Positions 44,868 through 52,136 of a stretch of DNA of 52,194 nt are shown one piece after another. The first letter of the stretch is position 1; each line of letters opens with the position of its first letter. The notes under the pieces were generated by a model that searched no databases, was not told the origin of the DNA, and saw only the letters and a list, made by a program, of their open reading frames with translations. Origin of the DNA: a virus (lineage: Duplodnaviria; Caudoviricetes); IMG/VR virus record IMGVR_UViG_3300033141_005196, positions 1 through 52,194 of that record. The stretch is one strand, 5' to 3'. The position numbers and the translations under genes were made by a program.

Positions 44868-45644
44868 TTAGTTCTGTGAATTCAAATATTCCTTATAAAG
44901 CTCTGGATTTTGCTTCACAGCCCGCTCCCAGGCAACATCCTCAGAAACCTTATCCTTCTCCAGGATCTCATCCTTAGCCTTCCTCAGCCTCTCATACGCA
45001 GAGTCGGCTCCAGTTCCGGCTCCCGAACTTCCGATCTCCGAGAACACACCGGCAGCCTTCAAGGCAGCACCAGCCGCTTCGAGATTCTTCTTCATTTCCT
45101 CAAAAGCATCCTCACTGGTCTTCTCCAGGGTCAAGAGCACCTTTGCAGTCTTCTCAGCATCACCAGGAGCACCAAAGTCCTTAACCATCGTGATCAACTC
45201 TCCGAGACGCCGTGCATCGCGCTCCTTCTCAAGCTCAGCCTGCATTTCTTTGATCATCTTCTGAGCCTCTTCAAGCTCCTTCTTCAATGGTTCAACCTCC
45301 TTCTTCTCTTCCTTCTTCTCCACTTTCACACCCACAAACTTGTACTCAGGAACCTTTGCGATGTCCTTAAACAAGCCCTCCGGAAGTTCATCAGCCTTTG
45401 TGGCCATGATCCCCAAACCGAGCTTGACGACGGCGCGGGCTTCATCAGACAGTTTTGCATCCTTCAAAAGCCCCTCGATGTACTCACCCTTCTCAAGTGC
45501 AACTTCCTCACACTTCTCAAGTTCCTTCAGAAGCTCCTCATATTTCATATCTTTCACCTCCTTTTTCATGATAAATCTTCTCTTGTTTGCTGGTTCGTAT
45601 GCAAGAGAAATTTCCTCAATCAGCGGTATTATCCTCTTTGCCAC
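44868..45644 (-). CDS. Scaffolding protein with N-terminal protease-like EISL..PAN segment and internal start at 45548
   Basis: E/K-rich coiled coil; C-terminal FSEIGS, NPELY.EY; two AAGGAGGTGA RBSs. Confidence 0.75.
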   Translation of the reverse strand: MAKRIIPLIEEISLAYEPANKRRFIMKKEVKDMKYEELLKELEKCEEVALEKGEYIEGLLKDAKLSDEARAVVKLGLGIMATKADELPEGLFKDIAKVPEYKFVGVKVEKKEEKKEVEPLKKELEEAQKMIKEMQAELEKERDARRLGELITMVKDFGAPGDAEKTAKVLLTLEKTSEDAFEEMKKNLEAAGAALKAAGVFSEIGSSGAGTGADSAYERLRKAKDEILEKDKVSEDVAWERAVKQNPELYKEYLNSQN

Positions 45645-45660
45645 TCATCTCACCTCCTTA

Positions 45661-46578
45661 TCACGCAAAAGTTTTAAAGCCTCCAGCAGAAAAACCCTTG
45701 ATCTCTCCACTTTCAATCTGCCTCCACAGCTCATCATCCTCAACCTTCATTGCCACAATCCACGTGCCCTCTTTAATCGTCAAATCTCGAAAGTCCATAT
45801 CAATTGGAGCAATATAACTCTCCACGATATACGCATTCTTCAGCAGCTCCTGATGTGACCTACGAACCTTCTGGTACTTTGCCATATACAAATGCGCAGC
45901 TTCTTCGATGTCCTCTTTCGCCACATACTCTCCATGTGCATCTTCAAAATCTGGCTCAAAGACAATTCCATACACGATCTGCTTCGCGGAGTCTTTCTTC
46001 AGAAACTCAAACTTAAGATCCTTATTCAACATATCCATCAAGCTCCCCGCAGCATTGAAAACTTCCGTCGCTCCCTGCTGAGCGGCCCTGGTTCTGATAG
46101 CCCTCACCGCCGATCGATACACCTTCCCATTCTTTCCAAAAGGATACTTATAATACTGTCGCGTTTCACTATCCTTCGTTGGATCAATTCCGAGAAACCA
46201 CTTTCGATACTCACTCCAGTCATTATCTCCTAAAATCTTATTTCCATCCGCTGCACTAAAGCTCCAAGACGAAGTCGAGTCTACCTTTCCGGCTCTTATC
46301 AGGGCTTTAGCATGCGCAAGCCCCTTGCTGTTGAGGCTCGTCTCATTCTGCAGAGCCGGCTCAAAAGATCCCTTTCCAGCACAATAATGTCGTGCCTCAG
46401 ACTCAGACCAAATGCTCTTCGGAAATCTCAATGCCTGCACCCTGCTCTTGCCGTCCTTGATCCCATAAATTACATCTATCTTCTTCCCCTTATGCTCTCT
46501 TGCATCATTCTCCCTCGCAAATCGATCGAACTGATCAGGACTTTCAAGCCTGCACGAATGTTCGTTAGGATATGGCAT
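45661..46578 (-). CDS. Prohead protease (XkdF-like) with two N-terminal accessory domains
   Basis: QIVYGIVFEPD..DAHGE, IEEAAH.Y, VESYIAP, GTW, W..I..GEIKGFSAGG. Confidence 0.85.
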   Translation of the reverse strand: MPYPNEHSCRLESPDQFDRFARENDAREHKGKKIDVIYGIKDGKSRVQALRFPKSIWSESEARHYCAGKGSFEPALQNETSLNSKGLAHAKALIRAGKVDSTSSWSFSAADGNKILGDNDWSEYRKWFLGIDPTKDSETRQYYKYPFGKNGKVYRSAVRAIRTRAAQQGATEVFNAAGSLMDMLNKDLKFEFLKKDSAKQIVYGIVFEPDFEDAHGEYVAKEDIEEAAHLYMAKYQKVRRSHQELLKNAYIVESYIAPIDMDFRDLTIKEGTWIVAMKVEDDELWRQIESGEIKGFSAGGFKTFA

Positions 46579-46592
46579 TAAATCACCTCCCT

Positions 46593-47798
46593 CTACGAAT
46601 ACTTTTCAACCTCGCTGAACTCGCTTAGGCGAGCATAATACTTCAAATAGCTTCTAAGCGCGTCATCTATCTCTAACGCATCGGCACCAGTCAAAGAGCT
46701 AACATAGTACGCCATATCCCTAAGTCGCATCTTTCGAACCGGTGCATGTACAATATACGGCAGCGGACGACCAACTACTCCATTCAATGCGAAGAGCTTC
46801 GGAATTGCCTGGTAATTAAAAGCCGATGCGATTTTGTTGGCCCATCCCTCTAAACACAAGTAGAAAAGATCAGTTTGCTCCTGCGCCAGCGCATAACTTC
46901 CCGTCCTCTCCATGCCTAGCATCACAAACTGTGCTAGCACGGTTACAGAGATTTCTTTGTTGTATCGGTTGATTACTGACACGGTATCGAACTGTCTCTG
47001 TCCCTCTGAGGCCAGCAGCCTCAAATTCCACCCGTAAGGCAGGAGTATGCCATCTTGCTCATCTCTTCGAATGGACGTCAGCAACGTTTTCGCGGCTGTA
47101 ACTTGTGCCGCATCATTCTCATCATCCGATCCCGGGTCCAGTCCTTCAGGAAGTTCGATAATGGGCAATCCCGCCAGATCTCTCTCAATCCCAATCGCCT
47201 CGATCTCCTCAATCGTCTTCTTGAAGAACCATGGCCGGAATGCATTTCGAAGCAGACTTCGGCCCTCTGGATTTTGCAAGATCGAACTTGTTGTCAAGTG
47301 CACGCACTTATTTATCGGAAGGTAAATCAACTCAAAATTTGGCTCTGGTCTTTGCCAAACGCCTCGTGTTTGGCCGTACTCATCAATATCCCACATCTCA
47401 ACGGCACTCTGCGCCCTTGGGGCAAACTTCTTCCAAACAATCTTCCCATCAGATCGTCTCATGTATACCTGCTCAAGGATGGCGAAGCCGTATTCCATCA
47501 TCGTCAGTACTTCATCCATCACACATGACCAGGGATACATCAGACCATTGATGCACTCGTTTAGAAAATCGACATCTCCTTGTTCCCCTCCCTCCGCTAC
47601 TGTCACACTCCACCGCACTTCCTTCAGAATCTGCTTAATCGCATAAAGTACAGCTCCGACGATTGCATCATTATCCGACATCTCCCTGAACACCTTAAGG
47701 CCCTGCAGCCCCTGGAGAGATGACAGAAATTCCTCATAAACAATCCCCGAATAATGCTTCAGCCCCGTTCGTCCAATTTCCAATCTTGGCCTTGCCAT
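46593..47798 (-). CDS. Portal protein (DUF935 / Mu gp29-like)
   Basis: EIG.TGL, NPEGRSLLR.A...W.FKK...EIEAIGIERDLAGLP, GSYALA. Confidence 0.9.
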   Translation of the reverse strand: MARPRLEIGRTGLKHYSGIVYEEFLSSLQGLQGLKVFREMSDNDAIVGAVLYAIKQILKEVRWSVTVAEGGEQGDVDFLNECINGLMYPWSCVMDEVLTMMEYGFAILEQVYMRRSDGKIVWKKFAPRAQSAVEMWDIDEYGQTRGVWQRPEPNFELIYLPINKCVHLTTSSILQNPEGRSLLRNAFRPWFFKKTIEEIEAIGIERDLAGLPIIELPEGLDPGSDDENDAAQVTAAKTLLTSIRRDEQDGILLPYGWNLRLLASEGQRQFDTVSVINRYNKEISVTVLAQFVMLGMERTGSYALAQEQTDLFYLCLEGWANKIASAFNYQAIPKLFALNGVVGRPLPYIVHAPVRKMRLRDMAYYVSSLTGADALEIDDALRSYLKYYARLSEFSEVEKYS

Positions 47799-47806
47799 AG
47801 AATCCT

Positions 47807-49273
47807 CTAATGAAGCATCTGAAACCTTCTAAGTCCGCTGGAGGGAATGTTTAAATCCCACCTCGATGTCTTTCGAAACTCCTCATTAACCTTCGTAAGA
47901 GTTCCAACAAAGTTAGGAGCATCCTCCTGCTTAGCACAAAGCTCTGCACGTAGAAAAGCGTACATGAGCGAGTCCGCGTGGTCTGGCGAAGTGCTCATAC
48001 TCTCTTTCGGAGGCATTTTGATCTTGCCATTTGCCATCTGAAACTTCAACGTCCCCAACTCCACGAGCAGTTGATCCGGCCACGAATTGCAGTAAAGGTG
48101 AGGAATTATGTTCCTCAACTCCCAGTAACCCTGTGCCCGAAGGTTGAGGTAATTTCTGGCAAATTCGCCCTCAGGACTCGCAGAGCCATAAACGGCGTAT
48201 GTAATTGCTGGATAGAGACGCTTTACGTAGTCATAAATCGGTGCTCCGAGCCCCGTTGCATCAATCTTAATTGCCGTTGGGCGGTATGCTTGAGCATGCT
48301 CCACAATCCAATTGCCGATGTCAATTGCATCGTCCACCTTCCCCACATAAGCATGCACATCGATCTTAAGTACCTGATTTCCTCGCCTCACAGTCAGAAC
48401 TGTCCTGTTACTCGTCCGCCCGATATCAACTCCGAACTCATGTCCGGCCCCGTCATATGAAACCACACTCCGGTCGTTATTCACCATCTTCTCAAGATAA
48501 TCCGGAGGTATGAGCAAGTCTCCAATTGACCCTGGAAATTCACCGAGCACCTTGATTTTGTAAATTGGGTGATCCTCTCCATACCTCGCTTTCATCATCT
48601 TAATCCACCGCTCCGACACGAACTTCGAATCGAGGCCGGAGACGTGAATGAGATGATACAACCCATGCATGTTAATATCGTTAAAAACGCTGTGAAAGTA
48701 GCCTGCATCTCGAGTTGGATTTGAGGCCAAGATACAGTATGCATTCGGCCCCGTAAATGCCCCTTCAATTGCCGGATAGATCGCATCGGGAACACCAGAT
48801 GCCTCATCAACAATAAACAAGAGGTTATCCTCTGCATGAAACCCCTGCAAACCCTCAGCCACCGTGCCGTCTGGCGAAACTCGTGCAGTACGTGCTACTG
48901 CGTACCAATTCGGCTCATGACCTACCACTCCAATTTTCGTTTGCTTCCATCGAAGAATATGCCCCAGGTACTCGCTATTCGAGATCCACTTATAACACTC
49001 AGCCCAAAGCAGGTCAAAAAGCTGATGTTGAGATGGAGCTGTACACGGTACTCTAGAATTTGGCCGAGTGGCCAGGAACCAAAGAAGTGCAAGGGCTAGG
49101 AAAACCGTCTTACCAACGCCCGATCCGGACCGAATCGCTACGAAGTGATCCTTCTGCAACGCCTCAAAGGCATCGATCTGCCACTGATCAAAATCAACCC
49201 CGTCCACCAAGTCTTGCAGGAACTCTACAGGATGATCAACATAATAGCTCAACGCTTCTACGCTCAAGTTCAC
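47807..49273 (-). CDS. terL: Terminase large subunit
   Basis: RSGSGVGKT Walker A, IVDEASG Walker B, SNPT, GVDIG, IDATGLG, SPDHADS. Confidence 0.95.
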   Translation of the reverse strand: MNLSVEALSYYVDHPVEFLQDLVDGVDFDQWQIDAFEALQKDHFVAIRSGSGVGKTVFLALALLWFLATRPNSRVPCTAPSQHQLFDLLWAECYKWISNSEYLGHILRWKQTKIGVVGHEPNWYAVARTARVSPDGTVAEGLQGFHAEDNLLFIVDEASGVPDAIYPAIEGAFTGPNAYCILASNPTRDAGYFHSVFNDINMHGLYHLIHVSGLDSKFVSERWIKMMKARYGEDHPIYKIKVLGEFPGSIGDLLIPPDYLEKMVNNDRSVVSYDGAGHEFGVDIGRTSNRTVLTVRRGNQVLKIDVHAYVGKVDDAIDIGNWIVEHAQAYRPTAIKIDATGLGAPIYDYVKRLYPAITYAVYGSASPEGEFARNYLNLRAQGYWELRNIIPHLYCNSWPDQLLVELGTLKFQMANGKIKMPPKESMSTSPDHADSLMYAFLRAELCAKQEDAPNFVGTLTKVNEEFRKTSRWDLNIPSSGLRRFQMLH

Positions 49274-49713
49274 GATCCGTGCCCCTCGTCAGCATGGCAG
49301 CTTTGCTGCTGCCTCCTCCGATTGTACGCCTCAGTTATCAGTTCCGTGATATCCGCATGAACACTCAAGTGCTTCTCCACAGCCTTATTGCCGGTGCGAT
49401 CAAGAATATCCCAACAACTTTTCAGCCTCAAGGCCAATGGAACATCTTCATTTCTCATCATCCCCACATTGAATTCTGCAGCCTCCGTAGCGGCCTCTTC
49501 AAGCACCTCCATCGCGGTAACGCGTTCTGAAACATACTTTGCCTCAACAACATCCCGCACCTCGGCCAGGGCTGAGGCAAATATTGGATCTCGCTTCAGC
49601 TGCCCGATCCTCTGAGGCGAAATGCCGAGACTTCGGGCGATGCTGGTCTGATCCTCACCCTTTACAAGTCGGCGGATAATCTCCCGATGCCGATCCGTAA
49701 TTCCCTTCAGCAT
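49270..49713 (-). CDS. terS: Terminase small subunit (HTH)
   Basis: N-terminal HTH (QTSIARSLGISPQRI), DILDRTG.K; directly upstream of terL. Confidence 0.8.
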   Translation of the reverse strand: MLKGITDRHREIIRRLVKGEDQTSIARSLGISPQRIGQLKRDPIFASALAEVRDVVEAKYVSERVTAMEVLEEAATEAAEFNVGMMRNEDVPLALRLKSCWDILDRTGNKAVEKHLSVHADITELITEAYNRRRQQQSCHADEGHGS

Positions 49714-49850
49714 TTCCGAAAACTCCGAAAAGAGTTTGCGAGGAGGCTACGCTCGTTGCGCTTCTCGCGCTCCTGCGTTGTCGCCTTCTTCTGCTCCTGA
49801 ATCAGCTTCTCAAGTCGATTCCATTCACTGCGTTTGATCTTCGGCTCCAT
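49707..49850 (-). CDS. Small basic protein (47 aa), first gene of the late operon
   Basis: RBS AAGGAAGG; overlaps the terS start; absent from the ORF track. Confidence 0.5.
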   Translation of the reverse strand: MEPKIKRSEWNRLEKLIQEQKKATTQEREKRNERSLLANSFRSFRKC

Positions 49851-49888
49851 ATCGTCCCTTCCTTCGTATGTTTCGGCCACCCTACTTT

Positions 49889-49917
49889 ACCCTACCACAA
49901 AACCTCGGTTTTTGCAA
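49889..49917 (-). promoter_or_regulatory. Candidate late promoter (weak sigma70-like)
   Basis: TTGCAA, 17-bp spacer, TG-G-TAGGGT; shares GTTTTGTGGTA with the 5708 promoter. Confidence 0.5.
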
Positions 49918-50084
49918 GGATAAACTTTTGGTGGGATTGCAAAGGGTAGCTTCGCTGCTCGCGACATCTTTGATTGTTGAGTCTGTATCTTGGGCGCGTT
50001 TCGAGAAGTCGTAACACAATTCATACCAATCTAATATCTTGCATAAAAATATCTATTAATTTAATATAGATTAAGCAAGTAGGA

Positions 50085-50155
50085 TGGCACAGAGTTTGCA
50101 TGTGGCACAGAGTTTGCATATTGCAAGTATCATGCCATATGCAAAAGATATACCA
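50085..50155. promoter_or_regulatory. Sigma-54 site cluster A (4 sites: 50085+, 50103+, 50122-, 50140-)
   Basis: TGGCAC-AGAGT-TTGCA x2, TGGCAT-GATAC-TTGCA, TGGTAT-ATCTT-TTGCA; all GG-N10-GC. Confidence 0.8.
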
Positions 50156-50183
50156 CATCAAATCGGTAGGAATTGGATGATGT

Positions 50184-50215
50184 AAAAAAGCAGAGCATGT
50201 TCTGCTCTGCTTTTT
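50184..50215. terminator. Bidirectional Rho-independent terminator
   Basis: AAAAAAGCAGAGCA-tgttc-TGCTCTGCTTTTT. Confidence 0.85.
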
Positions 50216-50282
50216 GGGTTAAGGTATCCAGAATCGGGTGGCGGATTCTGGACTAAACGCGGGCGTCACTCCGCACAAGCCG

Positions 50283-50618
50283 TCAAGATTTTTTCTTGAC
50301 GGGCTTGATGGCCGATGCTTTCAGCTCAAGCCCGTGAACCGAAAAGCTACGAGCCTTATGAGCTGAAGTATCCGCTTCTTCTGCCAAGCGGCTCAGCTCC
50401 GAAGCCAACTCCGGGTTGCTTTTAGCAACTGCACGGAGTTTGTCTCCGGGCATGGGCAGAGTCCTAGCAGCGTTCCTTACATCCGTAAAGAATTGACGGA
50501 TAGCAAGGTCTGCCACTACCGGATTATCTGCCTTCAGCCAGTCCGGCAGAGTGACAGTCACTGTGCGACAATACCCCTTGGGTATTGTGCCACCTGTCAC
50601 TGTCAGCGTCTCTTTCAT
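50283..50618 (-). CDS. Isolated hypothetical protein (111 aa), probable paralog of 6404
   Basis: RBS GGAGGTGA, ATG 50618, terminator downstream. Confidence 0.75.
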   Translation of the reverse strand: MKETLTVTGGTIPKGYCRTVTVTLPDWLKADNPVVADLAIRQFFTDVRNAARTLPMPGDKLRAVAKSNPELASELSRLAEEADTSAHKARSFSVHGLELKASAIKPVKKKS

Positions 50619-50665
50619 ATTTTCACCTCCCTCCTGCCACCACGTGATATTTGCCCATGATATAA

Positions 50666-50681
50666 TGCAACACACGTGCCA
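50666..50681 (-). promoter_or_regulatory. Sigma-54 promoter for ORF 50618
   Basis: TGGCAC-GTGTG-TTGCA, correctly oriented ~48 bp upstream of the ATG. Confidence 0.75.
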
Positions 50682-50743
50682 GAAAACAATCATTATTGCA
50701 AAAATATTTCTCAACAATATTCACCACTTAGAGCACTCCCGAT

Positions 50744-50800
50744 ATAAACCGGACATGATAAACCGGACATACCGGACATTCTGGCCGGTTTATGGCCGGA
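50744..50800. repeat. (ATAA)ACCGGACAT x3 plus inverted variants
   Basis: Copies at 50744, 50758, 50771; inverted ATAAACCGGCCAG at 50781-50793. Confidence 0.75.
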
Positions 50801-50893
50801 TTCACGAGACAAATTTCCAAGTGAAAACAGCAACTTGCGGTATTCCGGCCATGTGGCCAAGAAACGTGTCCGGCAAAGATTTGCAGCATTTCA

Positions 50894-51068
50894 TGCAAAA
50901 AACATGCCAAGTGCGCCGGAGACGCTTGGCACAAACTTTGCAATGGCAAATCATATACCACAGTATTCCTATAGGTTTAGTATGAATTCCCTCTGGCACG
51001 ATACTTGCTATAGCAGAAACCGTACCAGCGCATGTGGCGCACTTCTTGCAATTGCAATATGCGTGCCA
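50894..51068. promoter_or_regulatory. Sigma-54 site cluster B (7 sites: 50894-, 50927+, 50945-, 50994+, 51012-, 51035+, 51053-)
   Basis: All TGGYRY-N5-YTGCH with GG-N10-GC. Confidence 0.8.
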
Positions 51069-51088
51069 AAGTAAATCATACAAATCCA

Positions 51089-51187
51089 ATAGACACCGAG
51101 TTAATAGATATTGAATTGATAGATATTGAATTGATAGATATTGAGACAATAGATATTGAATTGATAGATATTAAGTTAATACCTATT
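51089..51187 (+). repeat. AT-rich 15-bp-period tandem repeat (ATAGATATTGAATTG)
   Basis: ATAGATATT at 51104, 51119, 51134, 51149, 51164; degenerate units at 51089 and 51179. Confidence 0.9.
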
Positions 51188-51241
51188 AAATCTGTATGAA
51201 TAAAGTATATTATCATACTAGTCTTTCCTCACCCCACGTGT

Positions 51242-51593
51242 TGTCGCAAGTCGATATGTCGCACGGCAGTGTATGTCGCAGGTCGGTTCGCGTTATGTCG
51301 AGGAGCCATCATGGTCGATGTCCTGCACCGCAGGTGTAGAGCATCAGTCCCGCTCTACATTGTCGGTGCACAGTATGTCGAGGGATCATCCATGTCGAGG
51401 GAGCACGGCTCTTCAGGAGCACAGAGGAGAGGATCATGTACATCAAAGATGACAACAACCCTTCCTGCAGCTGGCTTTGTCGCATGTCGATGTTGTCGCA
51501 TGATGCCATAGTCGAAGCATAACTCCCTCGGTATCTTTGGAGAGATCATCTTAATGTCGGACCATGTATCGACCGGATCATGTATATGATCAT
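51242..51593 (+). repeat. Strand-polarised TGTCG (11x) and GATCAT (5x) motif field
   Basis: Direct count; no CGACA on the + strand in the interval. Confidence 0.75.
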
Positions 51594-51646
51594 CCCAGAC
51601 TTCAGAGAGCCGAGGATTGGATGATTTGATGTACACATCAGGACCA

Positions 51647-51698
51647 TGGCACGCTTCTTGCAATAGCAATCCGCAGGCCACATGCAAGTCTCGTGCCA
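51647..51698. promoter_or_regulatory. Sigma-54 site cluster C (3 sites: 51647+, 51665-, 51683-)
   Basis: TGGCAC-GCTTC-TTGCA, TGGCCT-GCGGA-TTGCT, TGGCAC-GAGAC-TTGCA; 18-bp period. Confidence 0.8.
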
Positions 51699-51809
51699 AA
51701 GCTGCGCTTCATGCCACCTGCGCCAGAGGCGCGACTGCGCCACACTGACGTGAGGCAGATGCTCAATTCCCGGACAAGCGCACTGTCCTGCAGAGCAGGC
51801 TGGTTGTTT

Positions 51810-51833
51810 GTAATTTTAGTGCGGTAAAGTTAT
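51810..51833. promoter_or_regulatory. 24-bp palindromic site, copy 6 (GTAATTTTA-GTGCGG-TAAAGTTAT)
   Basis: Direct reading. Confidence 0.75.
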
Positions 51834-51872
51834 TTTTGTAAGGAAATCCAGTACTTAGGAAAAGGCTAATGA

Positions 51873-51885
51873 AATCAATAACTTA
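51873..51885 (+). promoter_or_regulatory. IHF consensus site (AATCAA-TAAC-TTA)
   Basis: Exact WATCAANNNNTTR; one-mismatch sites at 51845, 51963 and 194. Confidence 0.55.
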
Positions 51886-51923
51886 ACTCGGCCAAACTGT
51901 AAGAATCGTTCTTAAAATCGCTG

Positions 51924-52039
51924 TAAGTTACCGAATTTACTAGTTTTCCTTTTTTGCCTTTGTAAGTCATTGAAATTACACCAGTTTCCCAATTTCCCAG
52001 TTTTCTTAACTGTAGCTCTCGACAGCCCACTAAAATTAC
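51924..52039. repeat. Right arm of the imperfect inverted repeat (partner 66-181)
   Basis: Reverse complement aligns without gaps to 66-181. Confidence 0.85.
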
Positions 52040-52112
52040 AAACAGGACAAGAACGCGCCTGCGGCGTGCTGCGCCTGCGGCACGAAGTGCTTGCACACCT
52101 CCGCGTCTGTCC

Positions 52113-52136
52113 GTAACTTTAGCGCGGTAAAATTGC
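52113..52136. promoter_or_regulatory. 24-bp palindromic site, copy 7 (GTAACTTTA-GCGCGG-TAAAATTGC)
   Basis: Lies between the two inverted-repeat arms if the contig is circular. Confidence 0.75.

Noticed and set aside
44910-45677. Long antisense ORF over the scaffold gene, and similar shadow ORFs elsewhere
   Set aside because: By-product of E/K codon bias on the coding strand; no RBS or recognisable motifs
50870-50885. Extra sigma-54 sites at 50871, 51701 and 52078
   Set aside because: GG-to-GC spacing is not N10 or the -12 box is missing, so they were not counted
50085-51698. 18-bp-period repeats as a CRISPR or mini-array
   Set aside because: Units are 16 bp, occur in both orientations, have no 30-40 bp spacers, and no cas operon is present
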